Source: Neophaeotheca triangularis
Taxonomy: Eukaryota
Assembly (NCBI GenBank): GCA_054600435.1
Contig: BAAIJX010000004.1
Location: forward strand, 372,001 to 436,000
Direction of reading: 5' to 3'
DNA: 64,000 nucleotides
This document shows positions 35,526-48,500 of this stretch, piece by piece (the stretch's first letter is position 1; each line of letters starts with the position of its first letter). The notes beneath the pieces are model-generated. The model did not search any database and was not told where the DNA came from. It saw only the letters and a program-made list of their open reading frames with translations. The position numbers were made by a program, and so were the translations under genes.

Positions 35526-38290
35526 TCAGACCGTGGCTAGCAAGCTGGGGGTCGTTTCATGATAGTACTGTAGATCGCGCCTTCGCCCGTGGTCCAAGCG
35601 GTAAGAAGTTGGAGAGGGCTGGAAACATCTGAACAACGATCCAGCACATCATCGTCTGTTGACTGCATCATGCTGCCATGCATACTAGTATTTGCCGGCT
35701 AGGCCACGCAGTCTGCGGCCCATGCTGGGACTACTACTACTACTACTACTCCTACTGTCATTTCCACGCGCCGGATCTGGACACAACGTTTGGCCGTTTG
35801 GACTCGATGCATGCAGACGGACCCCTTTTAAACGGTCAGTTCACCGGGACGCCGGTTGTTGACCGAACGATAATAGACTCGGGATGGTACTATAGTAATA
35901 ATAATGTCTCAGTTTCTAATAGCCGCAAGTCAGGTGGGCATTCCAAGAAGTACCTACTACTCAGTAGTCAGTACTTATGGGTGCGATTCGAGGCCCGTGA
36001 TGTGCCCGGACCTGCTTTCTTTTGGGAGTTTTAGTCTGACGTTGCCGATTCTGACTTCAGTTACCCCACAGCCGTGCCCTGAGGAAGTGGAAGTATTTGA
36101 AATTCCTCGACCGGGGTTGCGATTGGCTGCAGGCTGTGATGGGCATGTCCACCCACCTTGGTGTCTACTATGTACCTAGGTAGGTACCTAGATCATGGCC
36201 TGCCCCGCTGTTGCTCCGTGACGGTACAAGACTACTCCCGTCTTCTAGGTTGCTTTGGGGCGGCATGGATGCATCATGTGAGGCTCATCTCATCTATGGT
36301 ACTGTCCGTTGCCAAGGACCGTAAGCAGGGATTACTCGTAGGTTACGGCAGATCGACGGCGCACCGTTTGGGGCTTTGCTCTATTTGTGACCGCACCACA
36401 CGCTTTTTCAGGAGGCGGACGTTGGGGCTTTTGGGGTCGTCTGACATCTCCGGTATGCTGGGGGAGAGGAAAAAGGTACGCCGTTCTTGACGACTTCAAT
36501 GTGAACTAATCCCCGTTTATGCTTCGTTACTTCAGGACGAATAAGCGAAAGAAACCCCAGCAATGTCTAAGCGGCGAATCCCCAAACAGTGGTCAAGTGG
36601 ACAAGGTTGGCGGTACGACCCAGCGCCGGGTTCTCATCGATGATGTGCGCGCGTGCATGCAGCACAGAAAAAAGAAGGAAATAAAAAGCTGACGTACTTG
36701 GCATGCCCACCACTCACCAGCTCCAAGGAATCGGAGTGTTGTGTGAAACGTTGCCAGGTAGGCACGCAGATAATGATTTGATGTCTGCAGGCTGCGGGCT
36801 GCACGTCTGCGCAGATCGGAAAAGAGGACTTCTGGGCAACATCCAGTCACGGCGTCGCATTCCTCCGTTGGCGGCTCCAACGGTTTCATCGGCAGTACAT
36901 GGCAGCATTATTATTGTAATTATCAGATGCTGTTGACGCCGGTAGCGCGGAGAGTTTGCATCTTTGGCGAGAAAGCATTGGACTAGCTCAGCACGCGGAC
37001 CAACAACTGTCACGACTGCCGTGTCTGACTCCTGAAGGCTGAGCCCTTGCTCGGGGTTTCGTGTGTAAAATCAAATTCGACCTATCTATGGCATGCAAAG
37101 CAATGTCCACCGGGTGACAGTGCGGTATTGAGGCCATGGCTTCGGTTTCACCGCCGTCCAGATACTGACAGATGCGTCGATATCTGACTTGCCCAAATAC
37201 CCAAAGCGAGAAACAGAGTCAGGAGCGTGTCTTGTTTGGGCCGCATGAGTACTAGAAGAGGTGAATAGCAGGCGCCCGCCGCCCGGGTTCAACGTCTGGC
37301 CCTTGCAAGTAACGTTAGAAGAGGTACTGCTGTATCGGCAGAGCCGTGTTGCTCATCATCGTCATCATCATCATCATCCAGCATCTTGGGAGAAGCGTGG
37401 GCCGATCTGTCGTGTGAGCTCGACAACCGACTGGCAGTCGAGGCTGCTTTCTTCGCTTCATGCACTTTCTCACTGGCTAGATCACGATAATGATGGGCTA
37501 GGCGCATGCACACTACATATACAGTAAGGTGCGTAGAATAAATAAAACACAATAATAACAATACTAGTACCTACTTGTCTACTTGCGCGTCCCTCTCTAG
37601 TAGTAGGTACTAGTAGTGCGGCTGGCTACAGAACCTCCGTGCTTTCTCGTCACACCGACACCGACACCCCGAGTCCAGTCGCTCGCTCACTAGTCATGCC
37701 CTAGTCGTGCGTGCCCAGTGCCCAGTGCCCCCTTCTTCTTGACTCTTGACTCTTGAGTCCTGTCCTATCCCTCGGCCCACCCAAGCTAGGGGTTGGGAGG
37801 TGGTATGCCGTAAGGTATGATAGGTGACTTAAGAGGTGGAGGTATATTAGCATGCTGGCTTGCATTTGTAAATAATATTGATGCGCAAACGCACGAATCA
37901 TTAATTATCATACCCTTGCCTGGCGCTGGCCCGTGTCGTGGCGATCCCCCGTCCCCATCTTCACCAGACATTATCATGATTAACTACTACTTTCACTACC
38001 CGACTATCATTGCGCACAGTGATCTACCTTACCGCCGTGGGCCGGCCGACGAGGACAAGGTTCGTCGACGAAACCACGGCCCATCTACCCATCTGTGCTC
38101 TTTGGTTCTGTCGACGCCGACCCGCTCCAACGTTAGACTTCAACCCAATCTAAATGAGCTTGAGCTTGGCTCCCACACTCGTCGTGAGTCGTGAGTCGTG
38201 ACTCGCCCACTACTAGTAGTCTAGTACCTGTAGTCGCAGTCGTCTTTAAGGTTGGGCGTTGTACGGCAGTTGTTTTCTCAAAAAAACGCC

Positions 38291-38486
38291 TATAACCGCT
38301 TGCCTCCCGCTCTTCCAACGCCTTGCTTGTGCTCTTCCAGGGTTTACACTTGAAGCCGCTTAGATTCCTTCTAATCACCGCTACTGGCTGTCTCGTCCTC
38401 TCAACCTCATCCTGTGAGTACTACCCTGTCATCCTCTTCCCGCTTGATTGAAGGCTGACGACTCCGCGAAGTTCACCTCTCGTCAG
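38291..38486 (+). promoter_or_regulatory. Candidate TATA element and 5'-UTR intron of the flbD-like gene
   Basis: TATAA at 38291 is followed by a pyrimidine-rich tract. GTGAGT (38414), GCTGAC (38454) and CAG (38486) lie just before the ATG at 38517. Confidence 0.5.
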
Positions 38487-38516
38487 ATCTGGATTCGACA
38501 CACCATCCGCAACATC

Positions 38517-39701
38517 ATGCCTCAACACAAAAGAGGACCCTGGTCGCAACAGGAAGACTCCCTCTTGGTTCATCTGGTCAACCTACACGGCCCGCACAAC
38601 TGGGTCCGCATCTCGTCGACCATCCAGAGCCGATCACCAAAGCAATGCAGAGAGCGCTACCATCAGAACCTAAAACCCAACCTCAACCATGATCCCATCA
38701 CCGACGAGGAGGGTCGCGAGATTGAGCGAATGGTGTCTGAAATGGGCAAGCGCTGGGCCGAAATCGCGCGCAGACTGCGAGGTCGTAGCGACAATGCTGT
38801 GAAGAACTGGTGGAACGGAGGCATGAATCGACGACGACGAAGCACCAACCATCCTCGCAGCAATCATCTCGAAACCCGACAGCAGCCTCACATGGCCACT
38901 CCACCCCAGCAACAACAATTTCCGCCGGTGCAACAACCGCTTCCTTCCAACTACACTCAGAACGTCCAAATGGTGCCGCAGTATTACAGCCAGCCGACGT
39001 ACCAGCCCGCTCAATTCTCTCAACCGCAGTATCAGCTGCCTTCTAATGCCGTGCCGCTGCGACGTTCTGGCATGGTCGACACGCCGTTGCCATCGCCGTC
39101 GTACTCACAATTATCCGCCGAGGGGGGTGCGCCTTCGCTCATGTCGGATCATTCGTCGATAGCGACCCAATCACCTTACACAGGAGCGTCTCCCGTAGAG
39201 CTTCCGCCGTTGTCTGGCGCATCCCACGTCCACAGATCCTCAGCACAAATGGACCAGTATGCGTCGGCGGTGTATGCGGGAGAGAAGGGCCATTCGATGG
39301 CCAATTTCCAACTGCCCCAAAAGCCACAGCAACAGGGTCTCCAAGAGACCTTTTATCCCGGCCAACAGCAAATGTACCAACCACGCTACCCTCAACCATC
39401 TCCTCAATACCAGAACGCGCCATCGAGGCAACATCCCTTGGCACAGCAACACTTTCCAGCAGCAAGCGTGCAACACTACGGCCACGGTTTCGCGCAGGAG
39501 CTCCAACCCGCGCAATCCCCAATGTCCATGCAGCTGCCGAGCATCACGGACCTCCCAAGCACTCAAAACGACTACACGGGTAAATCGGCCGGCGTGGCCA
39601 TAGACCCGGCCTTGATGATCCACGGCACGACTCTGTCCTCGATGCCCACCCCGGAAGGGTCACCACGCGACAAGATGAGCCTGTCGGCCATCACGCACTG
39701 A
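38517..39701 (+). CDS. flbD: R2R3 Myb transcription factor, FlbD/RCA-1 type conidiation regulator
   Basis: HKRGPWSQQED...NWVRIS...RSPKQCRERYHQNLKP...GKRWAEIARRLRGRSDNAVKNWWNGGMNRRRR, followed by a Gln/Pro-rich tail. Confidence 0.88.
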   Translation: MPQHKRGPWSQQEDSLLVHLVNLHGPHNWVRISSTIQSRSPKQCRERYHQNLKPNLNHDPITDEEGREIERMVSEMGKRWAEIARRLRGRSDNAVKNWWNGGMNRRRRSTNHPRSNHLETRQQPHMATPPQQQQFPPVQQPLPSNYTQNVQMVPQYYSQPTYQPAQFSQPQYQLPSNAVPLRRSGMVDTPLPSPSYSQLSAEGGAPSLMSDHSSIATQSPYTGASPVELPPLSGASHVHRSSAQMDQYASAVYAGEKGHSMANFQLPQKPQQQGLQETFYPGQQQMYQPRYPQPSPQYQNAPSRQHPLAQQHFPAASVQHYGHGFAQELQPAQSPMSMQLPSITDLPSTQNDYTGKSAGVAIDPALMIHGTTLSSMPTPEGSPRDKMSLSAITH

Positions 39702-41030
39702 ACTCTTACCCCTCACGCGCGTGCTCGGTGACGAGTCAAAGACGTTGCATGTACGATAAAGCGTTGCGTTGATGCGGCGTTTGATGAGCGTTGGTTGCAT
39801 TTCGCAAAGCTATACCCCCCCCGGTGCAGCGAGGAGATGATTCGCTGTTTCCATTTGCTTCGATTGCAGGGCTTTTTCTTTTTTTAAATGATGATGATGG
39901 ATGTCAATTCTCGACCGTTCTATATACAGACTACAGCACGGCACTGGAGTGTCGGGTGAGAGAGAGGAAAACAACAGTATCTAGATGTTCAGAAAACAAA
40001 ATGAAATCTTTATCTACTCCATTTACTTTTGCCATTTGTGTCTTTCTTTTTGCATCTCCATTAATCGCTTCTGTCGCTGTTGTAGTGGCAGCATCATGCG
40101 ACGGGCAGTACTAAAAGTACCTAGTGTTGAAGTCAATGGTCGACCGTTGTGTCGGGTCGGGTCAGCGCAGCGATTTCGGCAAGGGCAGGGCTGTGTCAAG
40201 TTAAGGTTGGTAAGTGGAGGTACAACAATAGGCAGCAGTAGTAGTAAGCGGTCGGTGTCGGGTGTCGTCGTTGACAAATCTTGGTCTGGCCAAATAGGTA
40301 CGGTACCTTACCTAGCTGCACCATGTCGATTGGCATTTGCACATCACGCTTGGCTGTGCAGGGCTCAATAATCGCACTTTACATTGATGATCATCGAGGA
40401 TAGGTACGTGATAATTACTTACCTTACGGTTCTTACGATCCTTGCCTAGGTAGTAGTGATAGTAGTAGTATGCTAAGTAGTAGTACCTCCTAATAGTCAG
40501 CGTAGAGTGGGGACAACGGGAAACTCTGAACGCTCCCGTCTCTCGGAGTTTTGTCTTCTTGGCTACACTTGGTCCACTCACTTAGTAGTAGTACTACTAC
40601 TACCATTCATCACGAAGACAAACGACAAGGGCTGGAAGGCCAGCGGCACGACGGCACACCGTCATTGGTTTTGGCCCCCACCTGCAATTGAGGTCCCACG
40701 GATGCTCCCTCCTCTCCTAGTCCTGTTCGCCCTGCCGGAACCCGAGCCTTCCAATTCCGTTTCTGCTCATGCCGCCGACTTCACCTCGTTCAGATGCTAC
40801 CTACTACCTAGCCAATGCGAATGTGAAAGCCAGTGGCAAACGAGCGGATCGGGAGTCATCATTATTACAGCCAATATTGATTGAAACCCCATAGATTCCA
40901 TATTTGCGGCCTCCTATACCATGTGCCGTACCACGCAGCCAGCGCGCCATCCACAGGACTAGTGCTTTGGTGTGGCAACACAGAATACACCACCACCAGC
41001 CATCCATCCCCCATCACTAACTGGATAATA

Positions 41031-43037
41031 ATGTCGACCTACTACGCCCCTGATCCAGACGCCGAGGGTTCGAGGCAAGACTTTTACAAGCTACTCTCGG
41101 ACCGTGACCTCAGTCTCCAGATCCCCGTCAACTTCGTCCCAGTCCCCGGCGTATCCCTGACACAAGCATGCTTTGCTCGCCAACGCTATGAATTGGCCGA
41201 GGGCACACGCTGTATTTCCAATCTCCTTGCCGTGGGCTTCCGCAGACTGCATGTCGACCTGTATTGGGATGTGAGCAGGTCGATTTGGTCGTTTTGCCCC
41301 GTCGAGCTAGGTTCTGTTGCCGATGACGTTCCCACAAATTACACCACCACCCTCGTCCCTCCTCCTTCTGAGCCGACTACTGGCAACGTGGCATTGACAG
41401 AGCGCGAAGTTTTGGAACCGACGCGAATTGAGAATTACTCGTTACGTCCGAGGCAGGACGGTGGTGTGTCTTCAAGCCAGTCCTCCTCTCAGAGCTCGCC
41501 TACCGGCGAGATCACGCCCCAGCCTCTCGACCCTCCTTCGTTAGACTCCACGCCGGGATTGAGCTCGACGGGCGATCTCACCGGGATTTCTTCGAGCTCG
41601 GAGCTGTATGGCAATGTACCCCCGCCGGCGACAACTTCCGCCGTTACTGGCGCAACCGTCCAGATTGGCAACTACCTTTGCTCACCGTCTTTAGATTTCG
41701 ACATCTTCACCGATATCCTAATCAGCCACTTTGAAGATACGAGGTTTAGCACCAATGCCACTACCAAATACTTGATTATGAACTTACACGCCGCAGCGTC
41801 CGCGGATGATCCAAGCGGTAGCGCTCAGCAGCCGAGCCCAGAGAATATGCCGTCGGGCGAAAACCTCCTCAGTGCAGCTCTTTCAGGCAATGCGTCCTCC
41901 TACATGTACGGACCGTCCTTGTTGCGAAGTCAGAGGCAGAGTCTCAGTACTCCCGGCGGGTGGTTCGCCGTCAGAAGCGGGAATCAGCCTGCTCCGGGCT
42001 ACTTTACAGTAAATGACGGGGAAGACGGCGAGTCTACGCCAGATGGCTGGCCAAGCGAGAGCTACGTCGAAATACAATATGCAATGCGCATGTTCGCAGC
42101 ATTTGGACGCATCGACCCTCAGATGCAAACCTACGATTTTGATTCAGACTCAGATGTCATCTTTTCCGAGGATCTCATGTCCGCTCCACGCAACGTCGAA
42201 AGCACTTCGGACGGGGAAATCGAACGCGGCTGCTTCTTTGAACAAGGCGTCACCGCGCTGGAAAACGCAAACTCCTCCTGGGCTTTCACAAGCGACACGC
42301 TCGCCTCGTCACCCGTCAGCGACGCCGCCATCGAAGATGTCTTCTACGCGATCGGCAACATGACAGAATGCGGTATTTCGCCCGTGCTGAACGGCACCCT
42401 GGGCAACGCAACCGCCGACGAGGATTTCCGCCCCTATCGCGACTACGTACTCAACAGCGTCTGGTCGTGGGCCGAGGGCGAGCCCCTCAATGCAACCGGC
42501 CCAAATTACCCGCAAGACGAATACCGGTGCGCCGTCATGTCAGTATCCACAGGTCGCTGGCACGTGGAGGACTGCGGGCGCTCGCACTACGCCGCTTGCC
42601 GCGTCGACACCGCGCCTTACGACTGGGCCATCAGTGACAACGACGCCGATTACGACAAAATCTCGCTGGCTTGCAACGGCGACACCGAGTTCTCGGTTCC
42701 GCGCACGGGGCTCGAGAACCGCTACTTGCTGTCGCGCTGGCGGGAGTGGAGGGAAGAGCGCGATTTCGACGATGACGAGCAAGATTTGCTGTGGGTGAAT
42801 TTGAACTCCCTCGACGTGCCTAATTGCTGGGTTGCCGGCCAGAATTCTACGTGTCCCTATGGCGGAGGCGGGCTTGATAGGCAGCGGCAGCTTGTGGTGC
42901 CCACGGTTGCCGGCGTGGTTGTCATAGTGCTGGCTGCCCTGACGGTTTTTGTCAAGTGCGCTTCCAATCGGCAGACTAGACGGAGGCATAGAAGGAGAAA
43001 AGACGACGGATGGGCTTATGACACAATACCTTCTTGA
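41031..43037 (+). CDS. MTC6: MTC6-like membrane protein with a lectin-like Cys-rich region and a C-terminal TM helix
   Basis: Contains LSDRDLSLQIPVNFV, LLAVGFRRLHVDLYWD, WSFCPV, GWPSESYVE, CGISPVLN and WSWAEGEP. A TM segment is followed by a basic tail. Confidence 0.72.
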   Translation: MSTYYAPDPDAEGSRQDFYKLLSDRDLSLQIPVNFVPVPGVSLTQACFARQRYELAEGTRCISNLLAVGFRRLHVDLYWDVSRSIWSFCPVELGSVADDVPTNYTTTLVPPPSEPTTGNVALTEREVLEPTRIENYSLRPRQDGGVSSSQSSSQSSPTGEITPQPLDPPSLDSTPGLSSTGDLTGISSSSELYGNVPPPATTSAVTGATVQIGNYLCSPSLDFDIFTDILISHFEDTRFSTNATTKYLIMNLHAAASADDPSGSAQQPSPENMPSGENLLSAALSGNASSYMYGPSLLRSQRQSLSTPGGWFAVRSGNQPAPGYFTVNDGEDGESTPDGWPSESYVEIQYAMRMFAAFGRIDPQMQTYDFDSDSDVIFSEDLMSAPRNVESTSDGEIERGCFFEQGVTALENANSSWAFTSDTLASSPVSDAAIEDVFYAIGNMTECGISPVLNGTLGNATADEDFRPYRDYVLNSVWSWAEGEPLNATGPNYPQDEYRCAVMSVSTGRWHVEDCGRSHYAACRVDTAPYDWAISDNDADYDKISLACNGDTEFSVPRTGLENRYLLSRWREWREERDFDDDEQDLLWVNLNSLDVPNCWVAGQNSTCPYGGGGLDRQRQLVVPTVAGVVVIVLAALTVFVKCASNRQTRRRHRRRKDDGWAYDTIPS

Positions 43038-43187
43038 AAAGCTATGGACTGAATGTTTAATTGGAATTCGCCACGCGGTTAGAGAGTCTGAAGAAAGTGC
43101 TTCACGTTGCTAAACTTGGATGTTTTGGTCTAGGCCAAGTCATTACTTGTACTATACAGAGGGTGCAATGGGCCAGTCCTCAGAAAT

Positions 43188-44614
43188 CTACTCCTGGCCA
43201 ATCGGCGTCTGGCCCTGGACAAAAGAGAGAGGCGCCGACCCCATGAGGAGAAATCCGGCTTGTCCACCAGCATGAGGGTCTTCGCCGATGAAGTTGTTCG
43301 GGAAGCCTGGCTCGAATGGCTTGACGCTTTCGAGGTGCTCGATTTGCGCGGGAGTGAGCTTGATCTTGAGAGCTTGGATGTTGTCGTTGAGGTGCTCAAC
43401 CTTCCTGCCTCCAACGAGAGGGAAGACGTGCGGCTGTGCAATGTCAGCGTCTTGGTGATGAAGAATTTGGGAAACGCAACAGGGACGGCACTCACCGCCT
43501 TGGTCATGATCCAAGCCAACGCAACCGCAGTCACAGACTCAATACCATGCTCGCCGGCAACCTTGGCCAGTGCCTCGGACATCTTGACTTCCTGCTCACT
43601 CTGCTCCCCGTTACCCATCATGGAACGCAAGCCTTCGTTATTCTTCTTCCTCTCATCCATTGCCTTCTTACTTTGGAACTTGCCGCCACCAATGGCATCC
43701 CACGGCGCAATGGCCATACCGTAGTGCCGACACATGGGCACGATGTCGCGCTCCATGTCGCGCAGCATGACGTTCCAGCGGCCCTGGTAGATGGAGAAAG
43801 GCGTCTTGCCGCGCGCCACGGCGTACTCGTTGGCAGCGCTGACGATCCACGCTGGCGTATCGGAGATACCAAGGTAGAGGACCTTACCCTGCTCGACGAG
43901 CATGTGCAAACTGTCCATGATCTCGGGGATGCTGGTAGTGTGGTCCCACCTTTTCGAACAAAGTCAGCAACCAACCAACCACGATCCACGAGACGGCAGC
44001 TCTCCGAGCCTACGCACTCACCAGTGAAGGTAGAGAATGTCGATGAAATCCGTCTGCAGCTTCCTCAACGAGTCCCTCACGGACATGTGCAGCGACCTCT
44101 TGTGGTTTCCGCAGTGGTTGACCGTCTTGCCCTTGCCGTCCTTGTAATTGCTGTACGGCGTTGTGAACTTGGTCGCCAGCACCAGAAAGTCCCGGTTCCC
44201 GCGCTCTTTCATCCAGTCACCCATCCATTGCTCCGACTGCTCGTTTTGGTACTATCGCCAACTCAGCGTTAGTATACATCGGACCGATCAATCGAGAAGG
44301 TGAATTCGGGGAGGAGGACGCACGTTGTTGGCTCTGCGCGAGATCGTTAGTTAATGTTTCAAATCTAAAAGGGTTGGAAGGCGAGAGGAAGCAACTTACG
44401 TGTCAATGAAGTTACCGCCAGCGTCGACAAAGGCATCGAGTAACTTGAAGCTGTTGTCCTTGGACATGCTGCCCATGAAGCTGGACCACGCGTCGCCGAT
44501 GCTCATGGCTCCCAGCTGCAGCGGCGAGCAGCGGATGCCGGCCGTGCTGGAGAGGATCCTGTACCTCCCGAGCTCAGTCTTGGGCTCGGGGGCTGGCGTG
44601 AAGAGGTCGGACAT
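43188..44614 (-). CDS. Aldo-keto reductase, aryl-alcohol dehydrogenase / norsolorinic acid reductase type
   Basis: Contains [43 protein letters not shown] and [14 protein letters not shown]. Introns at 44334-44399, 44252-44323, 43950-44021 and one near 43435-43495. Confidence 0.92.
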
Positions 44615-45169
44615 TGTTGTTGTTATTAGGCGCGAGTAGGGTTTGTTGACTTAAAACGGGTTTGTAAGGTTGCTAACAAGGGCTGATTGAGGGGGAGATG
44701 TTGTAGTGTAAGAAGTAGTGATAAGGAAGAGCGACAATCAAATATATATAGAGATGTATGGTATAATCGCCAAACCTTGCGGTGATGGCATTACCATTGC
44801 TTTTCATCTACCTACTTTCCAAAACCCACTTAACTCCTCAATCTCCGAGAGCAATGGGGTGGGGGGAAGGCCAACTCTGCGGTCTTGTTCACCTCCGTTG
44901 ACATCCATTCGTACGTGATTCGTCAGGTAGGTAAGAAGGTCCCGTCGACGTCAACGTCATGCGGCGGACTTAACACGGCTCTCGCCCGAGCATCGATCGT
45001 CCTGCCCGCTCTCGGATAACTGCAGGTGATTAGGTACCTAGATACACAGGCCCTACCACTGTAGGTATGTACAGTACCTCCTATCATCATGCAGGTACGT
45101 GATTGCCGCTGCTTTCCTCTGGTTAGCAAGTGACGGGGACTTTAATACCTCGATGGCACCGGACCGTGA

Positions 45170-45171
<2 letters not shown>

Positions 45172-45202
<31 letters not shown>
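45172..45202. repeat. (TGCT)n microsatellite
   Basis: Read directly from the sequence. Confidence 0.9.
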
Positions 45203-45561
45203 AGACTTGTTGATTGCAGGACTGCCCGGGGCTCTCGAGTTTGAGAACCAGCGCGCCTGCGAAGCGGATTTGTTACTCGTGTCTTCGAAAGGTGTGAAAG
45301 AAAGCTCCCGGGTGCTTGGGGTCGACACGCTATACAAATGTGATTTGTGATTGTTCCAAAACGTGCCTACCACGATTGCACGGCGTTCGCGAAAAGAGCT
45401 CCGTGCTGTTTGTGGTCCAATTACATACATCATACGACAGTCACGAGCAATCAATATGGGCTCCATGACGTGAAAGTTGAAGGGTAAGAACGCTTTAGGT
45501 ACCTTGGTTTCAACATGCTACAGTAAGTACACCCATCCCACAACCCATAAAGTCTAGAAAT

Positions 45562-48500
45562 CTACGCCTTCCTCCTCTTTCCACCGCCACCACCACCGCC
45601 ATCCTCATCGCCACCCCAGCCTTTTCTCTTCCTTCCCTCCCTCCGCCAAAACTCATCCCTTTCCCTCTTCTCCCTCTCACTCCTCTTGGCGGCATTCTCC
45701 TCCACCTTGGCCCGATACGGCTCCTTGCGTTCCTCCTGCTTCTTACGCCTCTTCTCAACCTTCTCATTGCGCAGCGTCTGCACCTGCTGCATCAACCGCT
45801 GCGCAACCTTCTCCTCCTTGCCGGGCACCACCGCGCGCTTCTGCACATACGTCTCCTTGCGCTGCGGTTTCATCTGCGTGATTTGCGACTTGTAGGGCAA
45901 GTCGGCTTGGATTTTGCGTGGTACACGCAGTGGGTTGAAGTGTCGTTCTTGCCGCTCGATCTGCCTGTAAGCCGAGTTCTTCTCCTTGGGCGTGGGAATG
46001 TTTTGGTCCGCGCGCACTTGACCGGTCAGGCGCATGCCGCTCCACGTGTCCGGCTCTTCCGCGCTCTCGAGCAGGTTGGTGACTGGGTTGTAGAAGCGGT
46101 GCGGGCGGATTGGGTACCAGGCTCGCAGGAAGACGATATCGGACATGAGAACCTTGTCTTCAAACGTCGCTCTGAAGTTGCCTTCGGGTTTGCTGAGAGC
46201 TTTTTTGATCTGGCCGCGGATGCCCGAGACGGTGCGGATGCTAGCGCCTTCAAATTTGGCGATTTCGAGGCTCGTACTGAACATGTCTTTGACAAAGGCG
46301 GTGTTTTTGAAAATTTTGTAGGGGTGGCCGGTCAATTTGAGCTTCTTGACAATCTCCGTGCCCTCGTCTACGTTTAGCACAACGCCTGTGGCGGCGAGGC
46401 GGAAGCCAGGGTTCTTGTTGGAGAAACTTTGAACGCAGACGAAGCCGGTGTTTGGTGCGGCAAGGGGTCCGTAGAAGGTTCCAAAACAATGCATGTGCTC
46501 TGGAGTATACTTGAGCATCCTGTTGCGGGTTCTCGAATCCGATATGCTGTACACCGGCGTAGTCTGGAAACGCCGCCATCCCAGGGAAAAGATCAAGGGA
46601 TCATTGGTCTTTAGAATCTTCTTGTGCCATCGATGTCTTTTGATCCGCACTTGTACAAACCCCATGCGTTCTTCCGTAGGCTGCAGTCCGCCAACAAGGA
46701 GCGGGAACCGAGGGTTGAAGTTGGCGACGAACTCATGTGGCACATTAGCCAAGGTAATACGAGCATAGGTGCCGGCTTTGTAGCCCTCTGCCCGCACCCT
46801 CGATGCTTCGTCGAGAGCCTCAAACTCTCGTTTGTTAATGTCCTGCTGCTTCTGCAAAAGAGCTTTCTGCGCGTCGTACCATTCATCCTCGCCAAACTCG
46901 CGCTCAGCTGCCTCCCCATTGGCCTCGCGGTTAGAGCTTTTCGGGTTGAGGAAACCTTCTCGATCTTCCTCCTCGAACCGCAGTTTGAGATCCTCCTTCT
47001 TACGGGCATTCTTTTCTCTCTGAGCTTCTATCGATCCCTCCGGCTCTTCGTCAGCGGCGTGTACCTCACCAGTCTCCAGATCCTCGAAAGCACCGTCACC
47101 CTCGTCATCAACACCTTCGAATTCATCTTCATCATCATCGCCAGAGCCAAGTTCTTCTGCATTTGCACCACTGGCTGCCCGCGAGGTCGCAAAGCGCTCC
47201 CTCAAAGCTTCTTTAATATCCTCATCTGACCACTTTGTTTCGAGGGCGTCGTAGTCGAGGCGCGGTATCATTCGGTCCTCCTCCGAGTCCTCTTCTGATC
47301 TCTTCTTGCGGAAGAAGCCGTCATCCTCTTCGTCTGGATCTGTGTCTCTGCCTGCATCTTTCGAATCGTCTCCACGCCATCTCTTGATGACATTTGCTGT
47401 CGAGAGCATGTCATCATACATCATCCTAGCAAGATCAGCGACCCGGTATGGTTGCCTCTTGCCGTGTGCTGCATTCGCTCGCTCGGCCATTCGATCCTTC
47501 CACCTGACTTCACCATCGTCCTCGTCGTCAATGTATCCCCCGTCGTCTTCGTCTTCATCGTCGCCTTCATCTTCCTCGTCCTCTTCGTCACCATCCTCAA
47601 GCTCCTGATCAGAAGCTGATGAAAGCGAGCCCAGGTCACTGTCAGAGTCTGCAAACGCAATATCGCCGTCCACCGCCTTATCTTTATTCCCTTTGCCAAT
47701 TTTCTCAGGAGCCTGTTGCAGGGTTTCCAAATCCGCCTCGTCGTCCGAATCGCCACTCTCGAAGCCCTCGTCTGACGCTTGACCATCTTGGTCTGCCAGG
47801 GTAGCCTGCCGTCGCGATGATCGCCCGGTATCGTGCTCCTCTTGCTCTTCCTCATCATCAACCTGTTTGAGCCTGTCTCCGCGCTCAAAGAGGGAAATGC
47901 CTTGATCGTCTGCACCCAAAAGTCTCCGCTCACCCTGCAATCCCACCATCATCTGTTCGCCGAGGCCCCTTTCAGCTTCCCCATCTTCGGCGTCAAAAGT
48001 GTTGCTGTTCACATCGATGTAAACGGCGTCCTTATCAACCAGTACGCCTCCCACGTCGCTCATCGGCGCATAGATGACCTTCTGCTTCTCCCCAAGCCGT
48101 CTCCTCTTCTTAGTACCTTCAGCCTTCTCTTTGGCTTGCTCAAAGTAAGGGGTTGGGCAGGGATCCGGAAGCGCCTCGATCTGAGCCACAGTCAAGTCGC
48201 CTACACCGGGTATATGTACGCGCGCATCGTGTGAGGGGAAATTTGTGCCTCGCAGGTAGCCGTACAGCGCCACGGTACGGTCGCATTTGGGGTCTTCTTC
48301 GATAGCTGTAGGAGGAGTGAGGTCGAGCATGCGATCGGCCAAGGCGTAAGGGTGGCTATTGCGCCACACGAGTGGGCGAGGATTCTTCATGACCGACAAA
48401 AATCGCGAAAGGTTGAGGATCTCGCGATCCGGGTAGCGGCCGTTAAGTACGCCTGATAGGTAGAAGAGCTTCGCGCCCTGGTATAGCTCGCTCCAGAAGC

